The notes under the pieces were generated by a model. The model saw only the letters and a list, made by a program, of their open reading frames with translations, ran no database searches and was not told where the DNA came from. A stretch of DNA of 63,454 nt, counting the filler. It is 5 parts of 5 records of this genome, joined end to end, with 100 filler letters (N's around TTAATTAATTAA, not from the genome) between each part and the next. Parts side by side here need not be neighbours in the genome. Positions count along the whole stretch, not along the records: positions 17,636 to 34,606 come from SRR20825019_309; 4 more parts are not named here. The stretch is one strand, 5' to 3'. The translations under genes were made by a program, and so were the position numbers. Shown piece after piece: positions 21,019 to 30,069 of the stretch (positions are counted from its first letter, which is position 1; every line of letters begins with the position of its first letter).

Positions 21019-21861
21019 TCGACCCGCCGCGCGCAATTGCCTGAGCGCGGTATCGCCGTTCGATTTCGATAATTTGCGCCCGTCCGGCCCGAGGATCAGA
21101 CGGTGGTGACGGTAGACCGGCGCGGGAAGCCCCAGAAGCGCCTGCAACAGCCGGTGGATCGCGGTGGTAAAATAGAGATCGAGGCCGCGCACCACATGCG
21201 TGACCGCCTGGGCCGCATCATCCGTGACCACCGAAAGATGATAGCTGGAAGGCGCATCCGAGCGCGACAGCACCACGTCACCCCAGGCTTCGGGGTCAGC
21301 CGGGATATCGACGATCCCGCCATCGCGCTCCTCGCGCCAGAACAATGGCTTTCCGACGCCGGCGACGGCCGCGGCGATATCGAGCCGCCATGCGTGACGT
21401 TTTCCGGAGGCGAGCAGCGTCTGCCGCTCGTCTTCCCCCCGCAGCCGGTCTGTTGCCGGATAGTGCGGCGCGCCGTCGGGGTCCCGGGGCCAGCGCTGCC
21501 CTTCCGCCTCATGCGACGCCACCTGCCGGCGGACCTCCCCCCGGGTCAGAAAGGCCGGATAGGCAAGTCCCATGGCAATCAGCCGGTCGAGCATCGCCTG
21601 ATAGTCGGCGAAATGCTCCGATTGGCGAAATACCGGGGTTTCGAAGGAAATGCCGAGCCAGCCGAGATCCTCGATCAGCGCGGCCTCGAGCTCCGGTGTG
21701 GCCCGGGTCTGGTCGATATCCTCGATCCTGAGCAGCAGTCTTCCGCCCGCAGCTTGCGCCCGCCGCTGGTTTTCGAAGGCCGACAGCGCATGGCCGAGAT
21801 GCAGGTAGCCGTTCGGGCTCGGCGCAAAGCGGAAAACGGGTCGATCCTGGGTCGGTTTCAT
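20983..21861 (-). CDS. gluQ: Glutamyl-Q tRNA(Asp) synthetase
   Basis: RFAPSPNGYLHLGH, LRIEDID, HVVRGLDL, KLSKS; lacks an anticodon-binding domain. Confidence 0.92.
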   Translation of the reverse strand: MKPTQDRPVFRFAPSPNGYLHLGHALSAFENQRRAQAAGGRLLLRIEDIDQTRATPELEAALIEDLGWLGISFETPVFRQSEHFADYQAMLDRLIAMGLAYPAFLTRGEVRRQVASHEAEGQRWPRDPDGAPHYPATDRLRGEDERQTLLASGKRHAWRLDIAAAVAGVGKPLFWREERDGGIVDIPADPEAWGDVVLSRSDAPSSYHLSVVTDDAAQAVTHVVRGLDLYFTTAIHRLLQALLGLPAPVYRHHRLILGPDGRKLSKSNGDTALRQLRAAGRSRADIRVLCGI

Positions 21862-21902
21862 GCGATGAGATGTCCGGTTCTTCGAGACAAGGGGTAAGGC
21901 CG

Positions 21903-22547
21903 ATGCAGCGTCTGCGCAATGGCGACGATCTTCAAAAGGCGCTCGCGGCCCTTTGTGCCAACGCCCCTCTCCTCGCCCGACTTGCCGCCGAGTGCCCCGA
22001 AATCCCGCTTCGCCTGCTGCCACCGGGCTTTGCCGGCCTTGCGGAAGTGGTCACCGGGCAGATGATCTCCAAACGGGCAGCGGCCGCCATTTTCGCGCGG
22101 CTCCAGGCAGCCTGCGATCCGCTGACGGCGGAGCATTATCTGGCGCTTGCCCCGCAGACCCTCGCGAACATCGGACTGACGCGCGCAAAGCAGGCAACGC
22201 TCGATATCGTCGCCCGGGCGATCGACGACGGCAGGCTCGATCTTGCCGCGCTGGAGGCCCTGCCGGCGGACGAGGCGATGAAGCTTCTGACGGCCTATCG
22301 CGGGATCGGCGCATGGACGGCGGAGGTTTATCTGATGTTCTGCGCCGGCCATGTCGACATCTTCCCGGCGGGCGATCTGGCGCTGAGGATAGCCGCTTCA
22401 CAGGCGCTCGGCGAAAGCGAACGAATCGCAACCGAGGCGCTGCGGACGCTCGCGCGGGAGTGGCGACCCTACCGCTCGGTGGCGGCCCGCATTCTCTGGG
22501 CGCATTACGCCCGGATCACGAAACGGGACGTCCTGCCGGTGGGATAG
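21903..22547 (+). CDS. DNA-3-methyladenine glycosylase II (AlkA family, HhH-GPD)
   Basis: GQMISKRAA, HhH RGIGAWTAEVY, FPAGDLAL. Confidence 0.9.
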   Translation: MQRLRNGDDLQKALAALCANAPLLARLAAECPEIPLRLLPPGFAGLAEVVTGQMISKRAAAAIFARLQAACDPLTAEHYLALAPQTLANIGLTRAKQATLDIVARAIDDGRLDLAALEALPADEAMKLLTAYRGIGAWTAEVYLMFCAGHVDIFPAGDLALRIAASQALGESERIATEALRTLAREWRPYRSVAARILWAHYARITKRDVLPVG

Positions 22548-22661
22548 GGCTTTTGCGGGTTTTCGGGCACAAGCGGGCCAAGTGATCAATCAGGCTTCAC
22601 AATACTGTAACAACGCGCCTAATATACAGAAGAAAGATGCCGAATCGATCAGGAGAGCAAC

Positions 22662-23219
22662 TTGACGATTGCAGTCTCGCCTCACGCCTTGCCGGCGCTC
22701 GTTCTGAACGCCGACTACAGGCCCCTGAGTTATTATCCCTTGTCGCTCTGGTCCTGGCAGGATGCGATCAAGGCCGTATTCCTCGACCGTGTCAACATCA
22801 TCGCCGAGTATGATCAGGCCGTGTCCTCTCCCAGCTTCTCGATGCGGCTGCCGAGCGTCGTTTGCCTGAAAACCTACATCAAGCCATCCCGCCACCCGGC
22901 CTTCACCCGCTTCAACGTGTTTCTGCGGGACCGCTTCCAGTGCCAGTATTGCGGCAGCCGCGACGAACTGACCTTCGATCATGTGACGCCACGCTGCCGC
23001 GGGGGGGAAACCACGTGGGAGAATGTGGTCGCCGCCTGCTCGCCGTGCAATCTGAAAAAAGGATCGCGGCTGCCGAAACAGGCGGGCATGATCCCGTTCC
23101 AGAAACCCTTTCAGCCAACGGTGCAGGACCTCCACAACAACGGTCGCCTGTTCCCGCCGAACTACCTGCACGAAAGCTGGCTCGATTATCTCTACTGGGA
23201 CAGCGAACTGGAGCCGTAA
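22662..23219 (+). CDS. HNH endonuclease (conserved alphaproteobacterial type)
   Basis: LVLNADYRPL, RDRFQCQYCG, TFDHV, WENVVAACSPCN; TTG start after AGGAG. Confidence 0.92.
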   Translation: MTIAVSPHALPALVLNADYRPLSYYPLSLWSWQDAIKAVFLDRVNIIAEYDQAVSSPSFSMRLPSVVCLKTYIKPSRHPAFTRFNVFLRDRFQCQYCGSRDELTFDHVTPRCRGGETTWENVVAACSPCNLKKGSRLPKQAGMIPFQKPFQPTVQDLHNNGRLFPPNYLHESWLDYLYWDSELEP

Positions 23220-23239
23220 CCGACTGCACTTTTCATGCT

Positions 23240-23308
23240 GTTGAGCAACTCTTAAAGTATGGACTTGTGGGCGTGATGAACACGCTCATCACGGTGATGT
23301 CAGGTTAA
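23240..23308 (+). pseudogene. Possible GtrA-family gene remnant
   Basis: VEQLLKYGLVGVMNTLITV resembles the GtrA N-terminal motif, but stops after about 22 codons and has no clear start codon. Confidence 0.4.
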
Positions 23309-23430
23309 CTCGAACCCATACATGAATGGCAGCAAAAGAGAACCATCTTGCCGCGCGGAATCCCGCCCCGCTTCCCGAGCCGTCAATTGAGAAGGCTGCA
23401 CAGTTGAAACCAGACCGAACGCGGCTGCCG

Positions 23431-24036
23431 TCATCTGGCAGCCGATCTTTCCGGCAAAGACGTGTCCCTGCGGCGGCCTCCACCAGCACCGGCGTCATGC
23501 TGCGCGGCCCGTTCGGCCGGTGACAGCAGGCCGGAGCAGCTCTCCGAAAGCGGCGGGCTTTCGGCCGGATAGCCCAGTCCCGAAAGCAGTTCCCGGGTCT
23601 CGACCTTGCTGTTGTCGGGTTCCAGTATGACGGCCCGGACCACGGCGGTCACCGCCACCGTCTCGCGCGACGGGCCGCTCAAGGGCATGATCCGGTGTTC
23701 CATGAAAATGGAGCGCTCCGTCCAGCCGATGAGTTCGGTCTCCATCCGGTATTTCTGAAACAGGCCGAGCGAACCCTTGTAGCGGGCGCTGAGCCCGGTC
23801 AGCACCGGCCGCCGCTGACCCTTGAGGCCGGCCGAACCGAGGCCGGATCGAAACATGAAATCGAGCCGCCCGAGATCCATCAATGTCAGGTAGCGCCCGT
23901 TGTTGACATGAAGGTTTATGTCGAGGTCCTGCGGCCAGATACGGCCGACGACAGACGATTTCGTCGCCCCGTCCGCCAGCGGTTTGCCGCAACGCGCCGC
24001 GATCACGGTTCTGACGAGCCTCGCCCAGATATACAT
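23431..24036 (-). CDS. Acyl-CoA thioesterase (hot-dog fold, 4HBT-like)
   Basis: WPQDLDINLHVNNGRYLTLMDLGR; ATG at 24036 with GGAG upstream. Confidence 0.88.
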   Translation of the reverse strand: MYIWARLVRTVIAARCGKPLADGATKSSVVGRIWPQDLDINLHVNNGRYLTLMDLGRLDFMFRSGLGSAGLKGQRRPVLTGLSARYKGSLGLFQKYRMETELIGWTERSIFMEHRIMPLSGPSRETVAVTAVVRAVILEPDNSKVETRELLSGLGYPAESPPLSESCSGLLSPAERAAQHDAGAGGGRRRDTSLPERSAAR

Positions 24037-24108
24037 GATGTCTCCCGTTTTTCTGTCGCAACCGGTCCTGCCGGTGTTGAGCCCTGACAATTTCCTCTTG
24101 AACAGAGG

Positions 24109-24125
24109 TTGACCTATACGTATAG
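24109..24125. promoter_or_regulatory. Putative MerR/LiuR-type operator between thioesterase and acyl-CoA ligase
   Basis: TTGACCTATACGTATAG contains the perfect palindrome CTATACGTATAG (24114-24125) and resembles a TTGACGT-N2-ACGT-type LiuR box; a MerR gene lies in the cluster. Confidence 0.55.
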
Positions 24126-24205
24126 TAAATATCGTAATAGTCATGTCCAGAGGAAAATGCCGGGACGACGCCTTGGAGGAGGGGTGCCGGCAAGAAGGAG
24201 GAGAC

Positions 24206-25891
24206 GTGCATCATCAATCCGACACCACCGGACCGGCGCCGACCACCGCCGCCGCGACGGCAACGCTGACGGCCCTGTTCGATGAGGCGAGCCGCCGTTT
24301 CCCCGACAACCGCGCGATCTGGTTTTCCGGACGCGAATGGACTTATGGCGACCTTGCGGCGGAGATCGACCGGTGCGCCGCAGGCCTTGCCGCGATCGGC
24401 GTGGTAAAAGGCGCGCGCGTCGGCCTCTGCCTTCCCAACTCGCCCTATTCGGTGATCTGCTTCTTCGCGATCCTCCGGATCGGGGCCACCGTGGTCAATT
24501 TCAACCCGCTCTATACCAGCCGGGAACTGCTCGCCCAGATCCGCGATGCCGATGTCGAAACGATGTTCACGATGGATATCGCCGCCTGCTATCAGAGGCT
24601 CGGCCCGATCGTCGCGGAGGCGGGGCTGAAACATGTGATCGTCTGTCGGCTGGCCCCGGCCTTGCCGCCCGTCAGGGCGCTGCTGCTGAAAACCCTGAAA
24701 AGATCGATACTGGCCGTCACGCCGCGCGACCACCGCCATATATTTTATGCCGACCTGCTGAAAAAGGGCGCGGGCAGGACAGCGCCCGAGGCCGATATCG
24801 CGCCGGAGGATATCGCCGTGCTGCAATATACCGGCGGCACCACCGGCATTTCCAAGGGGGCGATGCTGTCGCACAGGGCGCTGGTGGCCAACACGAAGCA
24901 GGTCAGGGCGACGTTCATCGATATCGCTGAGGAGGGCAGGGAGGTTTTTATCGGCGTGCTGCCGTTTTTCCACGTCTTCGCCATGGTCGCCACCATGCTC
25001 TACGCGATCGAGATCGGCGCGGCGATGATATTGATGATGCGGTTCGACCGCGACGCGCTCATAACGCTCACGCAAAAACACCGCGCCACGGTTCTTTCCG
25101 CCGTGCCCACGATTTTCGGCGCGCTCAACGCCGTTGCCGAAACCCGCAAAATCGACCTCACCTCGCTGAAACTCTGCATTTCCGGCGGCGCGCCGCTGCC
25201 GCTCGAAGTGCGGACCCGTTTCGACAGGCTGACGGGTTGCCGACTGACCGAAGGCTACGGGCTGACGGAATGCTCGCCGGTGGTCTCGGTCAATCCCGTC
25301 GATGGCCGCCCGGTGCCCGACGGCTCCGCCGGCCTGCCGCTTCCCGACACCACGCTGCAGATCCGCGACCCCGACGATCCGGAGATCATCCTGCCCGAAG
25401 GCGAAAAGGGTGAGTTATGGGTGCGCGGACCGCAGGCGATGTCAGGGTACTGGAACCGTCCGGACGAGACCGCAAACGTCCTCAGGGACGGCTTCGTCAG
25501 AACCGGCGATATCGCCTATGTCGATGCCGACGGCTATCTCCACATCGTCGACCGGCTGAAGGAACTGATCCTCTGCAGCGGTTACAATGTCTATCCGCGG
25601 GTGATCGAAGAGGCGCTCTACGAGCATGAGGACGTCGCCGAAGCCGTGGCGATCGGCGTGCCCGACGCCTATCGCGGCGAGTGCCCGAAGGCATTCGTCA
25701 CGCTGAAGCCGGGCGCGAACACGACCATCGACGCGCTCCACGCCTTCCTTGCGCCCCGGCTTTCGAAGATCGAATTGCCGCGTGACATCGAAATCCGCGA
25801 AACGCTGCCGCGCACCCTGATCGGCAAACTTTCCAGAAAGGCGCTGATCGACGAGGAACGGGCCGGGGGCGAACGCCATGTTGACGCCTAG
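24206..25891 (+). CDS. fadD: Long-chain-fatty-acid--CoA ligase
   Basis: LQYTGGTTGISKG, EGYGLTE, RTGDIA, IVDRLKELI, IGKL; GTG start after GGAGGAG. Confidence 0.93.
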   Translation: MHHQSDTTGPAPTTAAATATLTALFDEASRRFPDNRAIWFSGREWTYGDLAAEIDRCAAGLAAIGVVKGARVGLCLPNSPYSVICFFAILRIGATVVNFNPLYTSRELLAQIRDADVETMFTMDIAACYQRLGPIVAEAGLKHVIVCRLAPALPPVRALLLKTLKRSILAVTPRDHRHIFYADLLKKGAGRTAPEADIAPEDIAVLQYTGGTTGISKGAMLSHRALVANTKQVRATFIDIAEEGREVFIGVLPFFHVFAMVATMLYAIEIGAAMILMMRFDRDALITLTQKHRATVLSAVPTIFGALNAVAETRKIDLTSLKLCISGGAPLPLEVRTRFDRLTGCRLTEGYGLTECSPVVSVNPVDGRPVPDGSAGLPLPDTTLQIRDPDDPEIILPEGEKGELWVRGPQAMSGYWNRPDETANVLRDGFVRTGDIAYVDADGYLHIVDRLKELILCSGYNVYPRVIEEALYEHEDVAEAVAIGVPDAYRGECPKAFVTLKPGANTTIDALHAFLAPRLSKIELPRDIEIRETLPRTLIGKLSRKALIDEERAGGERHVDA

Positions 25892-25992
25892 CGCCCTTCG
25901 GGTTGAAATACGATCCGGCTTTGCGTACGGACCGGCTTCGACAATCGCCCGTACCGCCGCATTCCCTTATCCGCAATCCCTGAACCAGAAGG

Positions 25993-26382
25993 TTGCCCGT
26001 GACCGAGCAGTTTCTCACCGTCACCCAGTTGGCAGAAGAACTGGGACTGACGCCCCGCGCGCTTCGCTTCTACGAGACCAAGGGGTTGATCACGCCCGGC
26101 CGCGCCGGCACGACCCGGATCTATACCCAGCGCGACAGGGCCCGGCTGATCCTGATCCTGCGGGGCAAGCGGCTCGGCTTTTCGCTTCAGGAAATCAAGT
26201 CGTTTCTGGACCTCTACAATGTCGACGGCACCCAGAACAAACAGATGGAAGCGCTGCTGCAATCTCTGCGCGAGCGCATAGCAAACCTCGAAGACCAGCG
26301 ACAGGCCATCGACCAGACGCTTGCCGAACTGAGACAGGCCGAACGGGAGGCCAGGGCGCGGCTCGCCGGGCCCACGCGCTAG
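25993..26382 (+). CDS. MerR-family transcriptional regulator (LiuR-like)
   Basis: TPRALRFYETKGLI, RIYTQRDRARLILILRGKRLGFSLQEI. Confidence 0.9.
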   Translation: MPVTEQFLTVTQLAEELGLTPRALRFYETKGLITPGRAGTTRIYTQRDRARLILILRGKRLGFSLQEIKSFLDLYNVDGTQNKQMEALLQSLRERIANLEDQRQAIDQTLAELRQAEREARARLAGPTR

Positions 26383-26601
26383 AGCATTTCCCGCTACGTC
26401 AGGTCCACCCGACATCCGCGACAATGCGGCAACACAGTCAGACACAGCGAAGCCGCGCTTCCGGCGGGAGTGGCCTGGCTTGCGTGTGCGCCCAAGTGAT
26501 ATGGCCGCCGCGTTTGCCGCGCGACGCCAGGCCCCGGCAGTCCGCCCGGCGCTGCCAATCCACCCCACTCTTCCAACTTCACATCCATCTGGGAGGATGA
26601 C

Positions 26602-27741
26602 ATGACGTCACCCATCGTTATCGCGGGCTATCAACGCTCGCCGTTCACACTTGCACACAAGGGCGCGCTCGCCCGGGTGCGGCCCGACGATCTGGCCGCG
26701 CGGGTCATCGCCAGCCTCATCGAAAAGGCCGGCATCGACCCGGGCGACATCGAGGACCTGATCCTCGGTTGCGCCTTTCCCGAGGCCGAACAGGGCTTCA
26801 ACCTCGCCCGGCTCGTGGTGCTGCTCGCGGAACTGCCGCAATCGATCGCGGGCGTCACGGTCAACCGCTTCTGCGGCTCCTCGATGCAGGCCGTGCACAT
26901 GGCCGCGGGCCAGATCGCGCTCGGCGCCGGCGAGGCCTTCATCTGCGCCGGCGTCGAGAGCATGAGCCGGGTGCCGATGATGGGATTCAACCCGCTTCCC
27001 AATCCGGCGCTCAACGAGAAGGTGCCCGGGGCCTATATGAGCATGGGCGACACGGCGGAGAACATCGCCCGCCGCTGGCAGATCTCGCGCGAGGAGCAGG
27101 AGCGCTTTGCGGTGGCAAGCCAGCAACGCGCGGCCGAGGCCCGCGCGGCCGGAAAATTCAGCGATGAGATCGTGCCCATCAGGGCGAACGGCGCCGAAAT
27201 CAGCGAGGACGGCTGCATCCGGGCCGAGACCACCGCCGAGATACTGGCCGGCCTGAAGCCCGCCTTTTCGACGGATGGAACGGTGACGGCCGGGACATCA
27301 TCCCCGCTGACCGACGGCGCTTCGGCGCTGCTGGTCTGCTCGCTGGCCTATGCCGAGAACAACCGGCTCGAGCCGCTTGCCCTCGTCAGATCGACGGCAG
27401 TCGCCGGATGCGATCCGGAGATCATGGGGATCGGCCCCGTGAACGCAACGAAAAAGGCGCTTTCGCGCGCCGGCATCGGGATCGACGAGATCAGCGTGGT
27501 CGAACTCAACGAAGCCTTTGCCAGCCAGTCGCTCGCCTGCATGCGCGACCTCGGCCTCAATCAGGATATCGTCAACATCGACGGCGGCGCGATCGCGCTC
27601 GGGCATCCGCTGGGGGGCACCGGCGCGCGCATCGTCGGCAAGGCCGCATCGCTGCTCAAGCGCGAAGGCGGGCGCTATGCGCTGGCGACCCAGTGCATCG
27701 GCGGCGGCCAGGGCATCGCAACCATCCTGGAGCGCATCTGA
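26602..27741 (+). CDS. Acetyl-CoA C-acyltransferase (thiolase)
   Basis: VNRFCGSS, NEAFA, GGAIALGHPLG, QCIGGGQG. Confidence 0.95.
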   Translation: MTSPIVIAGYQRSPFTLAHKGALARVRPDDLAARVIASLIEKAGIDPGDIEDLILGCAFPEAEQGFNLARLVVLLAELPQSIAGVTVNRFCGSSMQAVHMAAGQIALGAGEAFICAGVESMSRVPMMGFNPLPNPALNEKVPGAYMSMGDTAENIARRWQISREEQERFAVASQQRAAEARAAGKFSDEIVPIRANGAEISEDGCIRAETTAEILAGLKPAFSTDGTVTAGTSSPLTDGASALLVCSLAYAENNRLEPLALVRSTAVAGCDPEIMGIGPVNATKKALSRAGIGIDEISVVELNEAFASQSLACMRDLGLNQDIVNIDGGAIALGHPLGGTGARIVGKAASLLKREGGRYALATQCIGGGQGIATILERI

Positions 27742-30065
27742 TGGAACCGATCGCGAAAGTCGCCGTCATCGGCGCCGGCGTCATGGGGTCCGGCATTGCA
27801 GCCCAGGTGGCCAATGCCGGCATTCCCGTGATGCTGCTCGACATCGTGCCCGAGGGCGCGGCCAACCGCAACGTGATCGCCGAAACCGCGCTTGCGCGCA
27901 TGAACAAGGCATCGCCTGCCCCGTTCATGTCGCAACGGGCGGCCCGGCTGGTGACGACCGGCAATATCGAAGACCATCTCGAAAGCCTTGCCGACGTCGA
28001 CTGGATCATCGAGGCGATCATCGAAAGGCACGACCTGAAACAGGCGCTCTACCGCCGGGTCGATGCCGTTCGCAAGGAGACCAGCGTCGTCTCGTCCAAT
28101 ACCTCGACTATCCAGCTCTCCCATCTGGTCGAGGGCATGCCGGAGCGGTTCCGCCGCGATTTCATGATCACGCATTTCTTCAACCCGCCGCGCTACATGC
28201 GGCTGATGGAACTGGTGACCGCGCCCGAGACCGATGCCGCAAAAGCCGCTTCCGTCACCGATTTCGCCGACCGCGCGCTCGGCAAGAGCGTTGTCGTCTG
28301 CAATGACCGCCCCGGCTTCGTCGCCAATCGTCTCGGCACGGTATGGCTGCAGCTTGGCATGATCCACGCGCTGGAACTGGGCCTGACGGTGGAGGAGGCC
28401 GACGCCGTGATGGGCCGGCCCTTCGGCATTCCGAAGACCGGCATATTCGGCCTGGTCGATCTCGTCGGCCTCGACCTGATGCCGCATATCGGCGCAAGTC
28501 TTGGAAGTGCGTTGCCCGACGGCGACATGTTCCATGGCACCAACAAGGACCACCCGCTCCTCAACCGGATGATCGCCGAGGGCTATACCGGCCGCAAGGG
28601 CAAGGGCGGGTTCTACCGGCTGAAACGGGCGGATGGCGGCAAGAAGATCAAGGAGACGATCGATCTTGCAAGCGGGGAATACCGGCCCGCGCAAAACCCG
28701 TCCGATCCGGCCCTTGCCAGCGCCCGCACCCCGCGCGCGGTGATGGAGATCGACAACCGGCTCGGCCGCTATGCGACGGCGGTGATGGCCAATACGCTGG
28801 CCTATGCCGCAAGCCTCGTCGGCGATGCCGCCGACGATATCGCCGCGATCGACGAGGTGATGCGGCTTGGCTACAACTGGCGCTACGGCCCGTTCGAGCT
28901 GATCGACATGATCGGCGGAAAATGGCTGGTCGAAGCGATGCGCGCCAATGGCGTCGCCGTGCCGAAGCTTCTCGAAGCCCTCGGCGAAAAAACCTTCTAC
29001 CGGATCGAGAACGGCCGCAAGCAGGCGCTTCAGCCCGACGGCAGCTACCGCGACGTGATCCGCCCGGACGGCATCCTCATGCTCGAGGATATCAGGCTCG
29101 GCGCAAAGCCGGTGCTGAAGAACGGCTCCGCCGCGCTCTGGGATATCGGCGATGGCGTCGTCTGCCTGGAATTCACCTCCAAGTCCAACACCATGGACGA
29201 GCAGGTGATGGCGATGATCAGCGATGCGGTCGATCTGGTCGCCCGCAACTACAAGGCGATGGTGATCTACAATGAAGGCCGGCATTTCTCGGCCGGGGCC
29301 AATCTCGCGCTCGCGCTGTTTTCCGCCAATATCGCGGCCTTCGGCCAGATCGAGAAGCTGGTGACGGGCGGTCAGCACACCTATCGGAAGCTGAAATACG
29401 CCCCGTTCCCGGTCGTCGCAGCACCCGCCGGCATGGCGCTTGGCGGCGGGTGCGAGATCCTGCTGCATTCCGATGCGGTGCAGGCCCATGCCGAAAGCTA
29501 TATCGGTCTTGTGGAATGCGGCGTCGGGCTGGTGCCGGCCTGGGGCGGCTGCAAGGAAATGCTGGCGCGCTGGCAGACGGGCGGCAAGCTGCCCAACGGC
29601 CCGATGCCGGCGGCGGCCAAGGTCTTCGAGATGATCTCGACCGCGACCGTCTCGAAATCGGCCGACGACGCGAAGGACCTGATGTTCCTGCGCAGGAGCG
29701 ACAGCATCACCATGAACCGCTATCGCCTGCTGGCCGACGCCAAGGCCAAGGCGCTTGCCCTTGTGGACGGCTATACCCCGCCCGAACCGCAGGAGGCTCG
29801 ACTGCCCGGCCCGTCCGGACGGGTGGCTATGCAGACGGCGGTCGAAGGCTTCGCGCGGCGCGGCATTGCCACGCCCCACGACCTGACCGTCGCCGGCGAA
29901 CTCGCCACCGTGCTTTCCGGCGGCGACACCGACATCATCGATACCGTGAGTGAAGACGCGATCCTGAAGCTCGAATTCGACAGCTTCATGCGCCTGGTCA
30001 GGAATGAAAAGACTCTCGCCCGTTTCGAGAGCCTGATCGAGACCGGAAAACCGTTGAGGAACTGA
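27741..30065 (+). CDS. 3-hydroxyacyl-CoA dehydrogenase/enoyl-CoA hydratase fusion (FadN-like order)
   Basis: GAGVMGSGIA, SSNTS, HFFNPPRYM, PGFVANR, C-terminal crotonase domain (FSAGAN, ALGGGCE); TGATG coupling to the thiolase. Confidence 0.93.
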   Translation: MEPIAKVAVIGAGVMGSGIAAQVANAGIPVMLLDIVPEGAANRNVIAETALARMNKASPAPFMSQRAARLVTTGNIEDHLESLADVDWIIEAIIERHDLKQALYRRVDAVRKETSVVSSNTSTIQLSHLVEGMPERFRRDFMITHFFNPPRYMRLMELVTAPETDAAKAASVTDFADRALGKSVVVCNDRPGFVANRLGTVWLQLGMIHALELGLTVEEADAVMGRPFGIPKTGIFGLVDLVGLDLMPHIGASLGSALPDGDMFHGTNKDHPLLNRMIAEGYTGRKGKGGFYRLKRADGGKKIKETIDLASGEYRPAQNPSDPALASARTPRAVMEIDNRLGRYATAVMANTLAYAASLVGDAADDIAAIDEVMRLGYNWRYGPFELIDMIGGKWLVEAMRANGVAVPKLLEALGEKTFYRIENGRKQALQPDGSYRDVIRPDGILMLEDIRLGAKPVLKNGSAALWDIGDGVVCLEFTSKSNTMDEQVMAMISDAVDLVARNYKAMVIYNEGRHFSAGANLALALFSANIAAFGQIEKLVTGGQHTYRKLKYAPFPVVAAPAGMALGGGCEILLHSDAVQAHAESYIGLVECGVGLVPAWGGCKEMLARWQTGGKLPNGPMPAAAKVFEMISTATVSKSADDAKDLMFLRRSDSITMNRYRLLADAKAKALALVDGYTPPEPQEARLPGPSGRVAMQTAVEGFARRGIATPHDLTVAGELATVLSGGDTDIIDTVSEDAILKLEFDSFMRLVRNEKTLARFESLIETGKPLRN

Positions 30066-30069
30066 TGCC

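Noticed and set aside
22662..23219. HNH nuclease as a homing endonuclease or defence gene
   Set aside because: It resembles the conserved chromosomal alphaproteobacterial HNH beside gluQ/alkA. No intron, methylase, repeats or mobile context is present.
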